Below, piece by piece: positions 1 to 8,101 of a stretch of 64,000 nt of DNA (its first letter is position 1; the number at the start of each line of letters is the position of its first letter). A program made the position numbers and the translations under genes. The stretch is from the NCBI GenBank assembly GCA_015494465.1, contig WGBD01000004.1:4627-68626 (forward strand), read 5' to 3'. This DNA comes from Candidatus Omnitrophota bacterium. GTDB lineage: Bacteria; Omnitrophota; Gorgyraeia; S143-82. The notes beneath the pieces are model-generated. The model was not told where the DNA came from. It saw nothing but the letters and a program-made list of their open reading frames with translations, and ran no database searches.

Positions 1-36
1 TGAGACAAAATCTTCCTGGAAGACTCTGTTTCATAA
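1..36. repeat. Imperfect palindromic 36-bp repeat, copy 1 (may be cut by the window edge)
   Basis: TGAGACAAAATCTTCCTGGAAGACTCTGTTTCATAA; 30/36 identical to 7524-7559 and self-complementary over 33 nt. Confidence 0.75.
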
Positions 37-75
37 CCATATAATAGGGGGATTGGGAGTAAAGCTGGAGGAAGG

Positions 76-1212
76 ATGGTTCCATTCGTCGATCTGACGC
101 GCTTATACGAGAAGTTTAAGACCGAAGTGGACGAGGCTGTAAGGGCCTGTTTTGACCACCAGAAATGGATCCTGGGGCCAGAGGTGGAGGAATTCGAGTC
201 GGCCTTTGCGGGGGCCTTGGGGGCTAAGTACGGGATCGGCGTTGCCTCGGGGACGGATGCCTTGCTCTTGGGATTGCGGGCGATAACCATCGTCAGGTAT
301 GGGAAAGAGTTTTTCGAGCAAGACGAGTTAGTTATAACTACCCCTTTTACTTTCTCTGCTACTGCGGAGTCGATCATCAGGTCAGGGGCAAGGCCTTTGT
401 TCGTGGATGTCGACTACGATACGATGAACCTGTCGGTCGAGGGGGTTAAAGAGGCGATTCGCAAGTACGGTCGTAGGATAGTGGGGATGGTGGTGGTACA
501 TCTCTACGGTTATCCCGCTGATGTGGAAGGGTTGGTGGCCGTCGCAAAGGAGAATGGTCTGTTTCTGATCGAGGATTGCGCCCAGGCCTTTGGCTCTCGA
601 GTAAGGGGGAAAATGGTGGGGACCTTTGGAGATGTGGGGGCCTTTAGCTTCTTCCCTACGAAAAATCTCCCGGGAATTGGCGATGGTGGTATGGTGGTTA
701 CTAGCGATGGAGATCTCTGCGAGGTCGTCTCTGCCCTTCGGAATCACGGGGGCAAGGACAAGTACGCCTTGGATTATCTGGGTTATAACTCCCGACTGGA
801 TACTGTCCAGTCCGCGGTGTTGTCGGTTCACCTGAGGCACTTTGGGGTGATTGCCCAGGAGCGGTCGAGGATCGCCCGTCACTACTTTGATCGACTTGCT
901 TCGATAGAGACATTAGCTTTACCCCCGGCCCCGGATGGGGTGATCGAGCCGGTCTACAATCTTTTTACCGTGCGGATAGAGGAGAAAAGGGGGGAGTTGG
1001 CAGACTTTCTGCACTCGCGAGGGATTGGGGTCGGGATATATTATCCCAAGCTCGTGAGCGATATGCCTCCCATCTCTGCCCGTTCAGTCTCTACCGAGTT
1101 AAGCACTGCCCGTAGGCTAACGAGAGAGGTCTTGAGCCTGCCTTGTTTCTCCTTCCTGACTCCTCAGGAGCAGGAGGAGGTCGTCCAGGCGATAAGCGCC
1201 TTCTTCCGCTAA
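76..1212 (+). CDS. DegT/DnrJ/EryC1/StrS family PLP-dependent sugar aminotransferase
   Basis: VASGTDAL, IEDCAQA, SFFPTKNL (PLP lysine) and GYNSRLD motifs; GGAGG SD; TATAAT at 40-45. Confidence 0.93.
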   Translation: MVPFVDLTRLYEKFKTEVDEAVRACFDHQKWILGPEVEEFESAFAGALGAKYGIGVASGTDALLLGLRAITIVRYGKEFFEQDELVITTPFTFSATAESIIRSGARPLFVDVDYDTMNLSVEGVKEAIRKYGRRIVGMVVVHLYGYPADVEGLVAVAKENGLFLIEDCAQAFGSRVRGKMVGTFGDVGAFSFFPTKNLPGIGDGGMVVTSDGDLCEVVSALRNHGGKDKYALDYLGYNSRLDTVQSAVLSVHLRHFGVIAQERSRIARHYFDRLASIETLALPPAPDGVIEPVYNLFTVRIEEKRGELADFLHSRGIGVGIYYPKLVSDMPPISARSVSTELSTARRLTREVLSLPCFSFLTPQEQEEVVQAISAFFR

Positions 1213-2553
1213 TCAGTCCTTCTTGAGGGCCTTTAGCGCGGATTCGCTGGCCATTACTATGGCGTTGTTTGCCGGGAAGAAGGACTGATACGGCTGGGCT
1301 GAGTAGCTCAGTTTCGCCAATCTTTCTACGGGTATGCGGTTCTGTATCGCGAAGGTTAGCAGGTCTATCCTCTCGGTCACACACATCGTACCGACTACCT
1401 GGGCGCCTATCAGGAGGTGGTCTTCTTTGTTCACTATTAGTTTTACTTTCACGAATCCGGGGTCAGGGAAGATGGAGAACTTGGCGGTCGTCTCCCCGTA
1501 GCTTACGATGTAATCGTTGAAGCCCCTTTCCCTGGCTATCCGCTCGTTGAATCCGGTTCCTCCTGCCCGGATACCGTAGACTATGGTGGCAGCACCGTTG
1601 TAGAAACCATCGTACTCTGCAGGGATACCTATTATGTTGAGCCCTGCGGTCTTTCCCATCGGGACTGCATTGGTAGCGAGTTTCCCCAATATGGGCCTGT
1701 GGTCTATACCGGATGTGAAGGCACAACAGTCGCCTGCAGCGAATACGCCTTCGACGTTAGTCCGCATGTGCTTGTCCACCACGATACCATCTTTGGCTAT
1801 CTCTAGTCCGGTGCCTTTGAACAGGTCTACATTTGCCCTTAGCCCTACGGAGAAGACTACTATGTCCTTATCCTCCAGTTCTATGCTGGTGCCGTCTGCC
1901 AAGGTCAATCTCTGGGCGTAGTCCTGCCCTTCAACTGCGGAAAGCGGTGTGGAGAGGTGCATGTGAATCCCGTGCTCGATCAATTTCTCTTCTAATGGAC
2001 GGCTCATGTCTGCATCCAGTAGGTTGGGGAGGACGTGATCTGCCATCTCCACGAGGTGGGTCTCCAAATCGAGAGAGCGAAAGGCCTGCAAGAGCTCTAT
2101 CCCTATGGATCCTGCCCCAACTACCACCGCCTTCCTTGCCCCTTGGGAGATCTTTTCCAGTATCCCTTTGAGGTGCTCTTCCCGTTTGAACACGAATGCG
2201 TTTTTCAGTCCTTTGGGCACGAAAGGAGGGATTATTGGCTCAGCTCCGGTGGCTATCAAGAGCTTGTCGTAGGATACTTGGCTACCGTCTTCCAGGGTTA
2301 CGGCCTTCTTTTCGAAGTCAACGGACGAGGCCCTCTTCCGGATGAGTTCGGCACCGACCTCGGTTAGGAGTTCGTCTTTTTTGTATATCTTCTCAAACGG
2401 GATGATCTTCTCTATGACGTAAGGCATTGCACAGTAGATGAGGCTCTTATTTTCAGGCCGTATAACGCTGACCTCAACGTCCGGGGCGTTAAGTTTTATG
2501 GTCCTGCAGGCCCTGATCCCTGCCGGTCCTCCGCCAATGATCACCACCTTCAT
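1213..2553 (-). CDS. FAD-dependent pyridine nucleotide-disulfide oxidoreductase (NADH oxidase/CoA-disulfide reductase family)
   Basis: GGGPAG FAD motif, single redox Cys in SLIYCAMPY, ATG motif, GAGSIG NADH motif, AAGDC. Confidence 0.9.
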   Translation of the reverse strand: MKVVIIGGGPAGIRACRTIKLNAPDVEVSVIRPENKSLIYCAMPYVIEKIIPFEKIYKKDELLTEVGAELIRKRASSVDFEKKAVTLEDGSQVSYDKLLIATGAEPIIPPFVPKGLKNAFVFKREEHLKGILEKISQGARKAVVVGAGSIGIELLQAFRSLDLETHLVEMADHVLPNLLDADMSRPLEEKLIEHGIHMHLSTPLSAVEGQDYAQRLTLADGTSIELEDKDIVVFSVGLRANVDLFKGTGLEIAKDGIVVDKHMRTNVEGVFAAGDCCAFTSGIDHRPILGKLATNAVPMGKTAGLNIIGIPAEYDGFYNGAATIVYGIRAGGTGFNERIARERGFNDYIVSYGETTAKFSIFPDPGFVKVKLIVNKEDHLLIGAQVVGTMCVTERIDLLTFAIQNRIPVERLAKLSYSAQPYQSFFPANNAIVMASESALKALKKD

Positions 2554-2590
2554 GGCCTTCTCCTTTCCGTTTTTAACTATGGTTCAAAAT

Positions 2591-2619
2591 ATTCTATGGG
2601 TCTTCTTTATGGGTGTCAA
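2591..2619 (-). promoter_or_regulatory. sigma70-type promoter for the oxidoreductase
   Basis: TTGACA-N17-TAGAAT on the minus strand. Confidence 0.75.
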
Positions 2620-2659
2620 CCGTTGATGATGACCCCTTTGATGTTGGGCGTAAATTTTA

Positions 2660-2687
2660 TTGACGATGGTGGCATATCTGATAAAAT
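2660..2687 (+). promoter_or_regulatory. sigma70-type promoter for rplU-rpmA-obgE-rpe
   Basis: TTGACG-N16-TAAAAT with TG extended -10. Confidence 0.7.
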
Positions 2688-2731
2688 TTACAATTCAATT
2701 TGGATAGTAGCGAGTTAGAAGGAGGAAGGTT

Positions 2732-3046
2732 ATGTACGCTGTAGTCGAGTGGGGTGGAAAGCAGTATAAGGTAGAGGAAGGCGCGGTGTTGGATCTGGAG
2801 AGGATCCCTTCCGAGGTGGGGGAGGAGATCGTCTTCGATAAGGTGTTGATGTTCTCCGACGGGGAGAAGATATATGTGGGCAATCCATACATCCCGGATG
2901 TTGAGGTAAAGGCCCAAATCAAAGAACACAAAAAGGGGAAGAAGGTGATTATATTCAAGTATAGAAGAAGGCATAAGTACCGGGTAAAGAGGGGGCACAG
3001 GCAGAACCTTAGCCGGGTGGAGATCTCCTCGGTCGCCAAGAAGTAG
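2732..3046 (+). CDS. rplU: 50S ribosomal protein L21
   Basis: MYAVVEWGGKQYKV...GHRQ; directly precedes L27. Confidence 0.97.
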   Translation: MYAVVEWGGKQYKVEEGAVLDLERIPSEVGEEIVFDKVLMFSDGEKIYVGNPYIPDVEVKAQIKEHKKGKKVIIFKYRRRHKYRVKRGHRQNLSRVEISSVAKK

Positions 3047-3068
3047 ATATTGAGAAAGGGGTGAGACT

Positions 3069-3317
3069 ATGGCCCATAAAAAGGGGATGGGTTCCACAAA
3101 GAACGGGCGCGACTCAAGGGCGAAGTACCTTGGGGTCAAGAGGTTCGGTGGGCAGTTCGTAAAGGCAGGCACCATCCTCGTCCGTCAGAGGGGTACCAAG
3201 TTCAAGCCCGGTCGGAACGTTGGTATGGGGGGTGATTACACCCTGTTTGCCCTTATAGACGGCGTGGTGAGATTCCCCAAGCCCCGGGTCGTGGCGGTGG
3301 AGCCCGTACAGGCCTGA
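3069..3317 (+). CDS. rpmA: 50S ribosomal protein L27
   Basis: [16 protein letters not shown]...RQRGT signature. Confidence 0.98.
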   Translation: MAHKKGMGSTKNGRDSRAKYLGVKRFGGQFVKAGTILVRQRGTKFKPGRNVGMGGDYTLFALIDGVVRFPKPRVVAVEPVQA

Positions 3318-4300
3318 TGGCTATCGATGAGGTCAGGATCTGGGTAAAGGCGGGCGACGGCGGTAAGCCCTGTTCAAGCGTCTACAAGAACCGCTACATG
3401 AGACATCCCCGCCCCGACGGTGGCTGTGGGGGCAAAGGGGGAGACGTGATACTGGAGGCGGATCCTTCCCTGAATACCCTGCGCAAGTTCCACTTTCAAC
3501 AGCACTTCAGGGCCCCTTCCGGCAAACACGGGGGGAGCAACCGCAAGAAGGGGGCGGACGGTGAGGACCTCGTCATAAAGGTGCCAGTGGGTACGCTGGT
3601 GAGGGATGCCGGCACCGGGAAACTGTTGAAGGATCTCGCCCAGCCCGGGCAGAGGGTGGTCGTTGCCCGAGGGGGAAAGGGAGGTATAGGCAACGCCTAT
3701 ACCAAGGACCATTCGGTGGTCCCGGCCCAGCCCGGTCAGGAGCGGGAACTCGTCCTAGAGCTAAAGTACCTCGCAGATGTCGGTATAGTGGGTCTGCCCA
3801 GCGCGGGCAAGTCCACCCTCCTGAATGCCCTGACCGGTGCGGGATCGGAGACGGGCAGTTATCACTTCACCACCCGCAATCCGGTCCTAGGCACCCTGCC
3901 GGAGCTGGAGGTAGTGATGGCGGACCTGCCGGGTATCGTAGAGGGGGCCCACGAGGGCAAGGGTCTGGGAGATAGGTTCCTGAAGCACATAGAGAGGGCA
4001 AAGGTCCTGCTCCACGTGGTGGACATCTCCGGCTCGGAAGGGAGGCTCCCTTGGGAGGATTACATCGTCCTCAACGAGGAGTTGAGGAAGTACAATCCCG
4101 CACTCCTTGCCAAGCCCCAGATAGTGGTCCTGAACAAGAAGGACTTGTTGAGGAATATGGAGAACGTAAGGAGATTCGAGGAGTTCACAGGGGTGAAGGA
4201 CTTCGTTTTGGTATCTGCCAAGACCGGTGAGGGGCTGGATGAACTTAGGCGCAGGATAGCGGAGGAACTGGAGAGGATAAGGGATGGAGAAGGGGAATAA
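3317..4300 (+). CDS. obgE: GTPase Obg/CgtA (no C-terminal OCT domain)
   Basis: Gly-rich Obg fold; G1 GLPSAGKS, G2 YHFTT, G3 DLPG, G4 NKKD; conserved rplU-rpmA-obg synteny. Confidence 0.95.
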   Translation: MAIDEVRIWVKAGDGGKPCSSVYKNRYMRHPRPDGGCGGKGGDVILEADPSLNTLRKFHFQQHFRAPSGKHGGSNRKKGADGEDLVIKVPVGTLVRDAGTGKLLKDLAQPGQRVVVARGGKGGIGNAYTKDHSVVPAQPGQERELVLELKYLADVGIVGLPSAGKSTLLNALTGAGSETGSYHFTTRNPVLGTLPELEVVMADLPGIVEGAHEGKGLGDRFLKHIERAKVLLHVVDISGSEGRLPWEDYIVLNEELRKYNPALLAKPQIVVLNKKDLLRNMENVRRFEEFTGVKDFVLVSAKTGEGLDELRRRIAEELERIRDGEGE

Positions 4301-4940
4301 TCCGGTGCTGGTGGCCCCGTCTCTGCTCTCTGCGGACTTCTCCTGTCTCGAGAGGGAGGTAAGGGGCCTCGATGCGGTGGTGGACGCCTGGCACGTAGAC
4401 GTGATGGACGGGCACTTCGTGCCTAACATTACCCTTGGCCCGTTTATCGTCAGGGCTGTGAGATCGGTGGTAACCCGCCCCTTGGACGTACACCTGATGA
4501 TAGGTGAGCCTATCAAGTATGCGCGGGAGTTCCTCTCCGCCGGGGCGGACATATTGACCGCTCATGTAGAGGCATTCGGAAACGAGGGCGAGGTGAAAGA
4601 ATTTATCGCTTTGGTGAAGGAGATGGGCAGGAAGGTGGGTCTGTCCCTCAAGCCTGCCACTCCTCCAGAGGCCTTGGAGGGGTATCTGGCAGATCTGGAC
4701 ATGGTCTTGGTCATGACGGTTGAGCCGGGGTTTGGTGGACAGAGGTTCCGGGAGGATCAACTGCCCAAGATAGGGTGGTTTGCCCAGAGGTTTTCTGGCT
4801 ATCTTGCGGTAGACGGGGGGATAAATGCCGAGACCGCGCGCTTGGTCAGGGAGGCCGGGGCCAACTTTCTGGTCGCAGGCAGTTATGTCTTTTCCGCCCG
4901 GGATAGGTTGAAGGCCATCGCCTCCCTGCGAGAGGGTTGA
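4284..4940 (+). CDS. rpe: Ribulose-phosphate 3-epimerase
   Basis: APSLLSADF, HVDVMDGHFVPN, DVHLM, MTVEPGFGGQ and VDGGIN motifs. Confidence 0.96.
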   Translation: MEKGNNPVLVAPSLLSADFSCLEREVRGLDAVVDAWHVDVMDGHFVPNITLGPFIVRAVRSVVTRPLDVHLMIGEPIKYAREFLSAGADILTAHVEAFGNEGEVKEFIALVKEMGRKVGLSLKPATPPEALEGYLADLDMVLVMTVEPGFGGQRFREDQLPKIGWFAQRFSGYLAVDGGINAETARLVREAGANFLVAGSYVFSARDRLKAIASLREG

Positions 4941-5013
4941 ATAAGGATTTGACCTCCACAGGGTCTTGTGGTAGAAGATATTTGTCCATTGGGAAGGTGC
5001 AGAAATTTTGGGC

Positions 5014-5042
5014 TTGCAGAGAAGGTTGGTTTGTGGTATAAA
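5014..5042 (+). promoter_or_regulatory. sigma70-type promoter; predicted TSS near 5048-5049
   Basis: TTGCAG-N17-TATAAA with TGTG before the -10; a weaker TTGACC-N17-TAGAAG lies at 4949-4977. Confidence 0.6.
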
Positions 5043-5048
5043 TCTTAA

Positions 5049-5148
5049 CAGAGCCTCTTTGGTGCGAGAGAAGTCCCAAAAGTGCCCTCTCCTGTCACGC
5101 ACACGTGACGAATACCCCCCTGCCAAAGAGGCTCTGCCTTTTTATTTT
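5049..5148 (+). ncRNA. Candidate structured small RNA or leader of unknown family
   Basis: Perfect 14-bp closing stem (5049-5062/5123-5136) enclosing two hairpins, followed by a T-rich tract; begins at the predicted TSS. Confidence 0.55.
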
Positions 5149-5161
5149 CAGGGTCAGTGAG

Positions 5162-5866
5162 ATGGGGTCTTTGTCTCCTCCTCTTCTACATGCCCGTGGC
5201 CTAGAGAAGTCCTTTCCCAGTCCAACTGGCAGATTGCAGGTCCTTTCCGGTGCGGAATTAGAGGTCTACGCTGGTGACAGAATCGCCATAGTTGGGCCTT
5301 CCGGCTCGGGCAAGAGCACGCTCCTGCACATCTTGGGCGGGCTTGAGACCTACGATGCAGGTGTTATCCTGTGGGAGGGCAGGCAGTTGAGCAGGGCGGT
5401 TGAGGATCTTGCCCTCTGGCGCAGGGTTAATGTGGGGTTCGTTTTCCAATTTTATCACCTTATACCGGAACTCTGCGTCTGGGAAAACGTTGCCTTGCCT
5501 CTGCTTCTCAACGGGGTGAAAAAGGCCAAGGCCAAAGAGGCGGTCTATTCTGCGCTTTCCGAGGTGGGATTAGGGGACCTCGGGGAAAGGCAGGTAGAAT
5601 TCCTCTCGGGTGGGGAGATGCAGAGGGTTGCAATACTGCGGGCGGTTATCCACAGGCCGAAACTGGTCTTTGCAGACGAGCCCACCGGCAATCTCGATCC
5701 CCACATACAAAGACAGGTCCTGGATTTTATGTTGAACAGGCTAAAGGAGAGCGGATCCGCGCTGGTTATGGTCACCCACGACTTTGACCTGGCGAAGGAG
5801 ATGGACAAGGTCTTTTTGTTAAGCGATGGCAAATTGCACCCATACATGGTAGAATCTAAAAAATAA
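5162..5866 (+). CDS. ABC transporter ATP-binding protein, LolD/MacB-like
   Basis: Walker A GPSGSGKS, GFVFQFYHL, LSGGEMQRV, ADEPTGNLD; ATG 5162 preferred over GTG 5105. Confidence 0.9.
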   Translation: MGSLSPPLLHARGLEKSFPSPTGRLQVLSGAELEVYAGDRIAIVGPSGSGKSTLLHILGGLETYDAGVILWEGRQLSRAVEDLALWRRVNVGFVFQFYHLIPELCVWENVALPLLLNGVKKAKAKEAVYSALSEVGLGDLGERQVEFLSGGEMQRVAILRAVIHRPKLVFADEPTGNLDPHIQRQVLDFMLNRLKESGSALVMVTHDFDLAKEMDKVFLLSDGKLHPYMVESKK

Positions 5867-5882
5867 GCCTGGAGGTCGGTAT

Positions 5883-6749
5883 ATGCTGATATACGTGAAC
5901 GGTCAATATTATTCCGAAGAGGAGGCCAAGGTCTCGGTCCTGGATCACGGCTACCTCTACGGTGATGGGGTGTTCGAGGGGATAAGGATGTATTCCGGCT
6001 GTATATTCAAGTTGAGGGAGCACATTGACCGCCTCTACGACTCCGCTAGGGCGATAATGCTCCGCATCCCGATGGAGAAGTCGGAGATGGAGTCCGCGAT
6101 AGTCGAGACCGTGCGAAAGAATGGGTTAACCGACGGATACATAAGGGTAGTGGTGAGCCGGGGAGTAGGCGATCTCGGTCTGGATCCGAGGAAGTGCCCG
6201 AATCCAACGGTGGTGATAATAGCGGATCGGATAAAGCTCTATCCCGAGGAATTGTACCAGAACGGGCTCTCTATAATAACTGTCCCCACCCGCAGGAACC
6301 TGCCCGAGGCCCTGAATCCCCAGATAAAGTCTCTCAATTACCTGAACAACATCCTCGCCAAGATAGAGGCCATACACCGCGGATACGAAGAGGCCCTTAT
6401 GCTGAATCAGGAGGGATATGTTGCGGAGTGCACTGGGGATAACATATTTATGCTAAAAGGAAAGAGCCTGATCACCCCACCCACCTCGGTGGGCGTGCTC
6501 AAGGGGATAACCGCCAGGACCGTTATGGGGATAGCGATAGACATGGGACTAGAGGTCAGGGAAGAGCGGTTCACCCGCTATGATCTTTATACCGCTGACG
6601 AGGTCTTCCTGACCGGGACCGCTGCGGAGATAATACCGGTTGTGAAGGTGGACGACCGTCCGATCGGGGACGGCAGGCCCGGGCCTACCACTTGGGAGAT
6701 AATCCGCAGGTTCCGCAAGATTACCACCGAGGATGGGGTCAAGATATAA
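5883..6749 (+). CDS. ilvE: Branched-chain amino acid aminotransferase (class IV)
   Basis: YGDGVFEG, HIDRL, KSLNYL, GVLKGIT, FLTGTAAEI. Confidence 0.94.
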   Translation: MLIYVNGQYYSEEEAKVSVLDHGYLYGDGVFEGIRMYSGCIFKLREHIDRLYDSARAIMLRIPMEKSEMESAIVETVRKNGLTDGYIRVVVSRGVGDLGLDPRKCPNPTVVIIADRIKLYPEELYQNGLSIITVPTRRNLPEALNPQIKSLNYLNNILAKIEAIHRGYEEALMLNQEGYVAECTGDNIFMLKGKSLITPPTSVGVLKGITARTVMGIAIDMGLEVREERFTRYDLYTADEVFLTGTAAEIIPVVKVDDRPIGDGRPGPTTWEIIRRFRKITTEDGVKI

Positions 6750-7518
6750 CCTGGTTTACCTCCTCTGCGGGTTGCTGTTCCTGTCCGCCTGCACGGAGTA
6801 CAATCGTATAACCCACCGTCAGGACGTTATACTGTATCCCCTGGAGAAGGAACTGGAGATGGGCAGTAAGGTCGCCCAGCGTTTTCTCCAGAAGTATCCT
6901 CCCGTAGAGGATACGGATCTTCAGGAAAGGATAAACAGGATGGGTCAAAGACTGGCCCAGGTCTGCGATCGCAGAGACTTGCACTATCAGTTTATCGTGG
7001 TGGACTTTCCGGGTAAGAATGCGGTCTCCCTGCCGGGAGGCTACATTTTCATAAGCAAAGAATTGGTGGATTTCTGCCGGAGCGACGACGAGATTGCCTC
7101 GGTTTTGGCCCACGAGATAGGGCACATCGTCTCCAAGCACGGAATAAAGCGCCTGCAGGCCAGTTATCTAGCCTTGGTTGGCACCATCGGGGTGGTGGCC
7201 TCCAAAAATCCCAATCTGGCGCGGGGGGTGCAAGGGGCGTTGGCGGTCTTGTTTTCTGCCTACTCTCGCGAGGATGAGTTCACCGCCGACGAATTAGGGG
7301 CGAAATACATGAGGCGGGCGGGCTACGATGTGAAGGCGATGGTGGACCTGTTCGCCCGTATGGACGAGGTGCACACCTACGAAGAGCCCGCCAGCAAGGT
7401 CCCGTCTTATCTGCGAACCCATCCGTTTTTAGGGGAAAGGATACACAGGATAAAGGCGAAGTTTATGGGAAGCGCGCCTGATGACTTCCTTTCCTATGTA
7501 TCTCAAGAGCTCGACTAG
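6733..7518 (+). CDS. M48 family zinc metallopeptidase, lipoprotein
   Basis: Lipobox LSAC, NAVSLPGG, HEIGH zinc motif, SREDEFTAD, THP. Confidence 0.9.
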   Translation: MGSRYNLVYLLCGLLFLSACTEYNRITHRQDVILYPLEKELEMGSKVAQRFLQKYPPVEDTDLQERINRMGQRLAQVCDRRDLHYQFIVVDFPGKNAVSLPGGYIFISKELVDFCRSDDEIASVLAHEIGHIVSKHGIKRLQASYLALVGTIGVVASKNPNLARGVQGALAVLFSAYSREDEFTADELGAKYMRRAGYDVKAMVDLFARMDEVHTYEEPASKVPSYLRTHPFLGERIHRIKAKFMGSAPDDFLSYVSQELD

Positions 7519-7523
7519 GTAAG

Positions 7524-7559
7524 TGAGACGGAATCTTTTTGGAAGAATCTGTCTCATAA
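7524..7559. repeat. Imperfect palindromic 36-bp repeat, copy 2
   Basis: TGAGACGGAATCTTTTTGGAAGAATCTGTCTCATAA, 5 bp after the M48 stop codon; 30/36 identical to 1-36. Confidence 0.75.
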
Positions 7560-7668
7560 GTTGGGATTTTGGGGGAAGGGGGTAATTTTTTATTGACTTA
7601 TCGGGGATTTTTATAGTATTTTAATCCAATTATTTCGGGACCTTTAACTTTGGGGTAAGGGTGAGACT

Positions 7669-7683
7669 ATGAAGGACACATAG
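7669..7683 (+). other. Candidate 4-codon leader uORF (MKDT*) upstream of speD
   Basis: TAAGGGTGA SD followed by ATG AAG GAC ACA TAG; GGGTGAGACTATG is identical to the rpmA start region (3059-3071). Confidence 0.45.
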
Positions 7684-7696
7684 GTGAAGAGGAAAG

Positions 7697-8101
7697 ATGG
7701 AAGGGATTCTTGAACCCAAAGGCATAGTAAAGTGCGATTCAAACGGTCTGACTTACGCAGGAGTCCACCTGCTTTTGGAGTTTTGGGGTGCCAAGAATCT
7801 GGACGATCTCGAACTGGTCGAAGAGACCTTCCGTAAGGCCGTCGAGGCCTGTGGGGCGACACTCCTCAGTATGAAATTCCATCACTTCTCTCCCTATGGC
7901 GGTATTTCTGGTGTGGCTATCGTTATGGAGTCTCATCTCACCATCCACTCCTGGCCTGAACTTGGTTACGCAGCGATAGACATATTCCTCTGTGGCGGGG
8001 TCGATCCATACAAGGCCTTACCCGTGCTAAAGGAGGCATTTCAGCCGGAGCGGGTGCAGGTAATGGAATTAAAAAGGGGTATGATGGATGAAGTGGTTTA
8101 A
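7697..8101 (+). CDS. speD: S-adenosylmethionine decarboxylase proenzyme (pyruvoyl)
   Basis: HLLLE, HHFSPYGGISGV, ESHLTIHSWPE self-cleavage motif, DIFLCG; next to speE. Confidence 0.93.
   Translation: MEGILEPKGIVKCDSNGLTYAGVHLLLEFWGAKNLDDLELVEETFRKAVEACGATLLSMKFHHFSPYGGISGVAIVMESHLTIHSWPELGYAAIDIFLCGGVDPYKALPVLKEAFQPERVQVMELKRGMMDEVV

Noticed and set aside
1-36. 36-bp palindrome as a CRISPR repeat
   Set aside because: No regularly spaced repeat-spacer units or cas genes occur in the window, although sequence upstream of position 1 is unseen.
5049-5148. Identification of the structured RNA as SRP RNA, 6S RNA, tRNA, c-di-GMP riboswitch or ANTAR target
   Set aside because: It has no SRP CAGG/GGAA/AGCA helix, is too short for 6S, has no T loop, lacks the c-di-GMP-I core beyond a chance GTCACGCAC match, and has no A1/G4 hexaloops.
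5105-5161. N-terminal extension of the ABC ATPase from GTG 5105
   Set aside because: It runs through the RNA stem and T-tract with no SD; ATG 5162 gives a normal-length protein.
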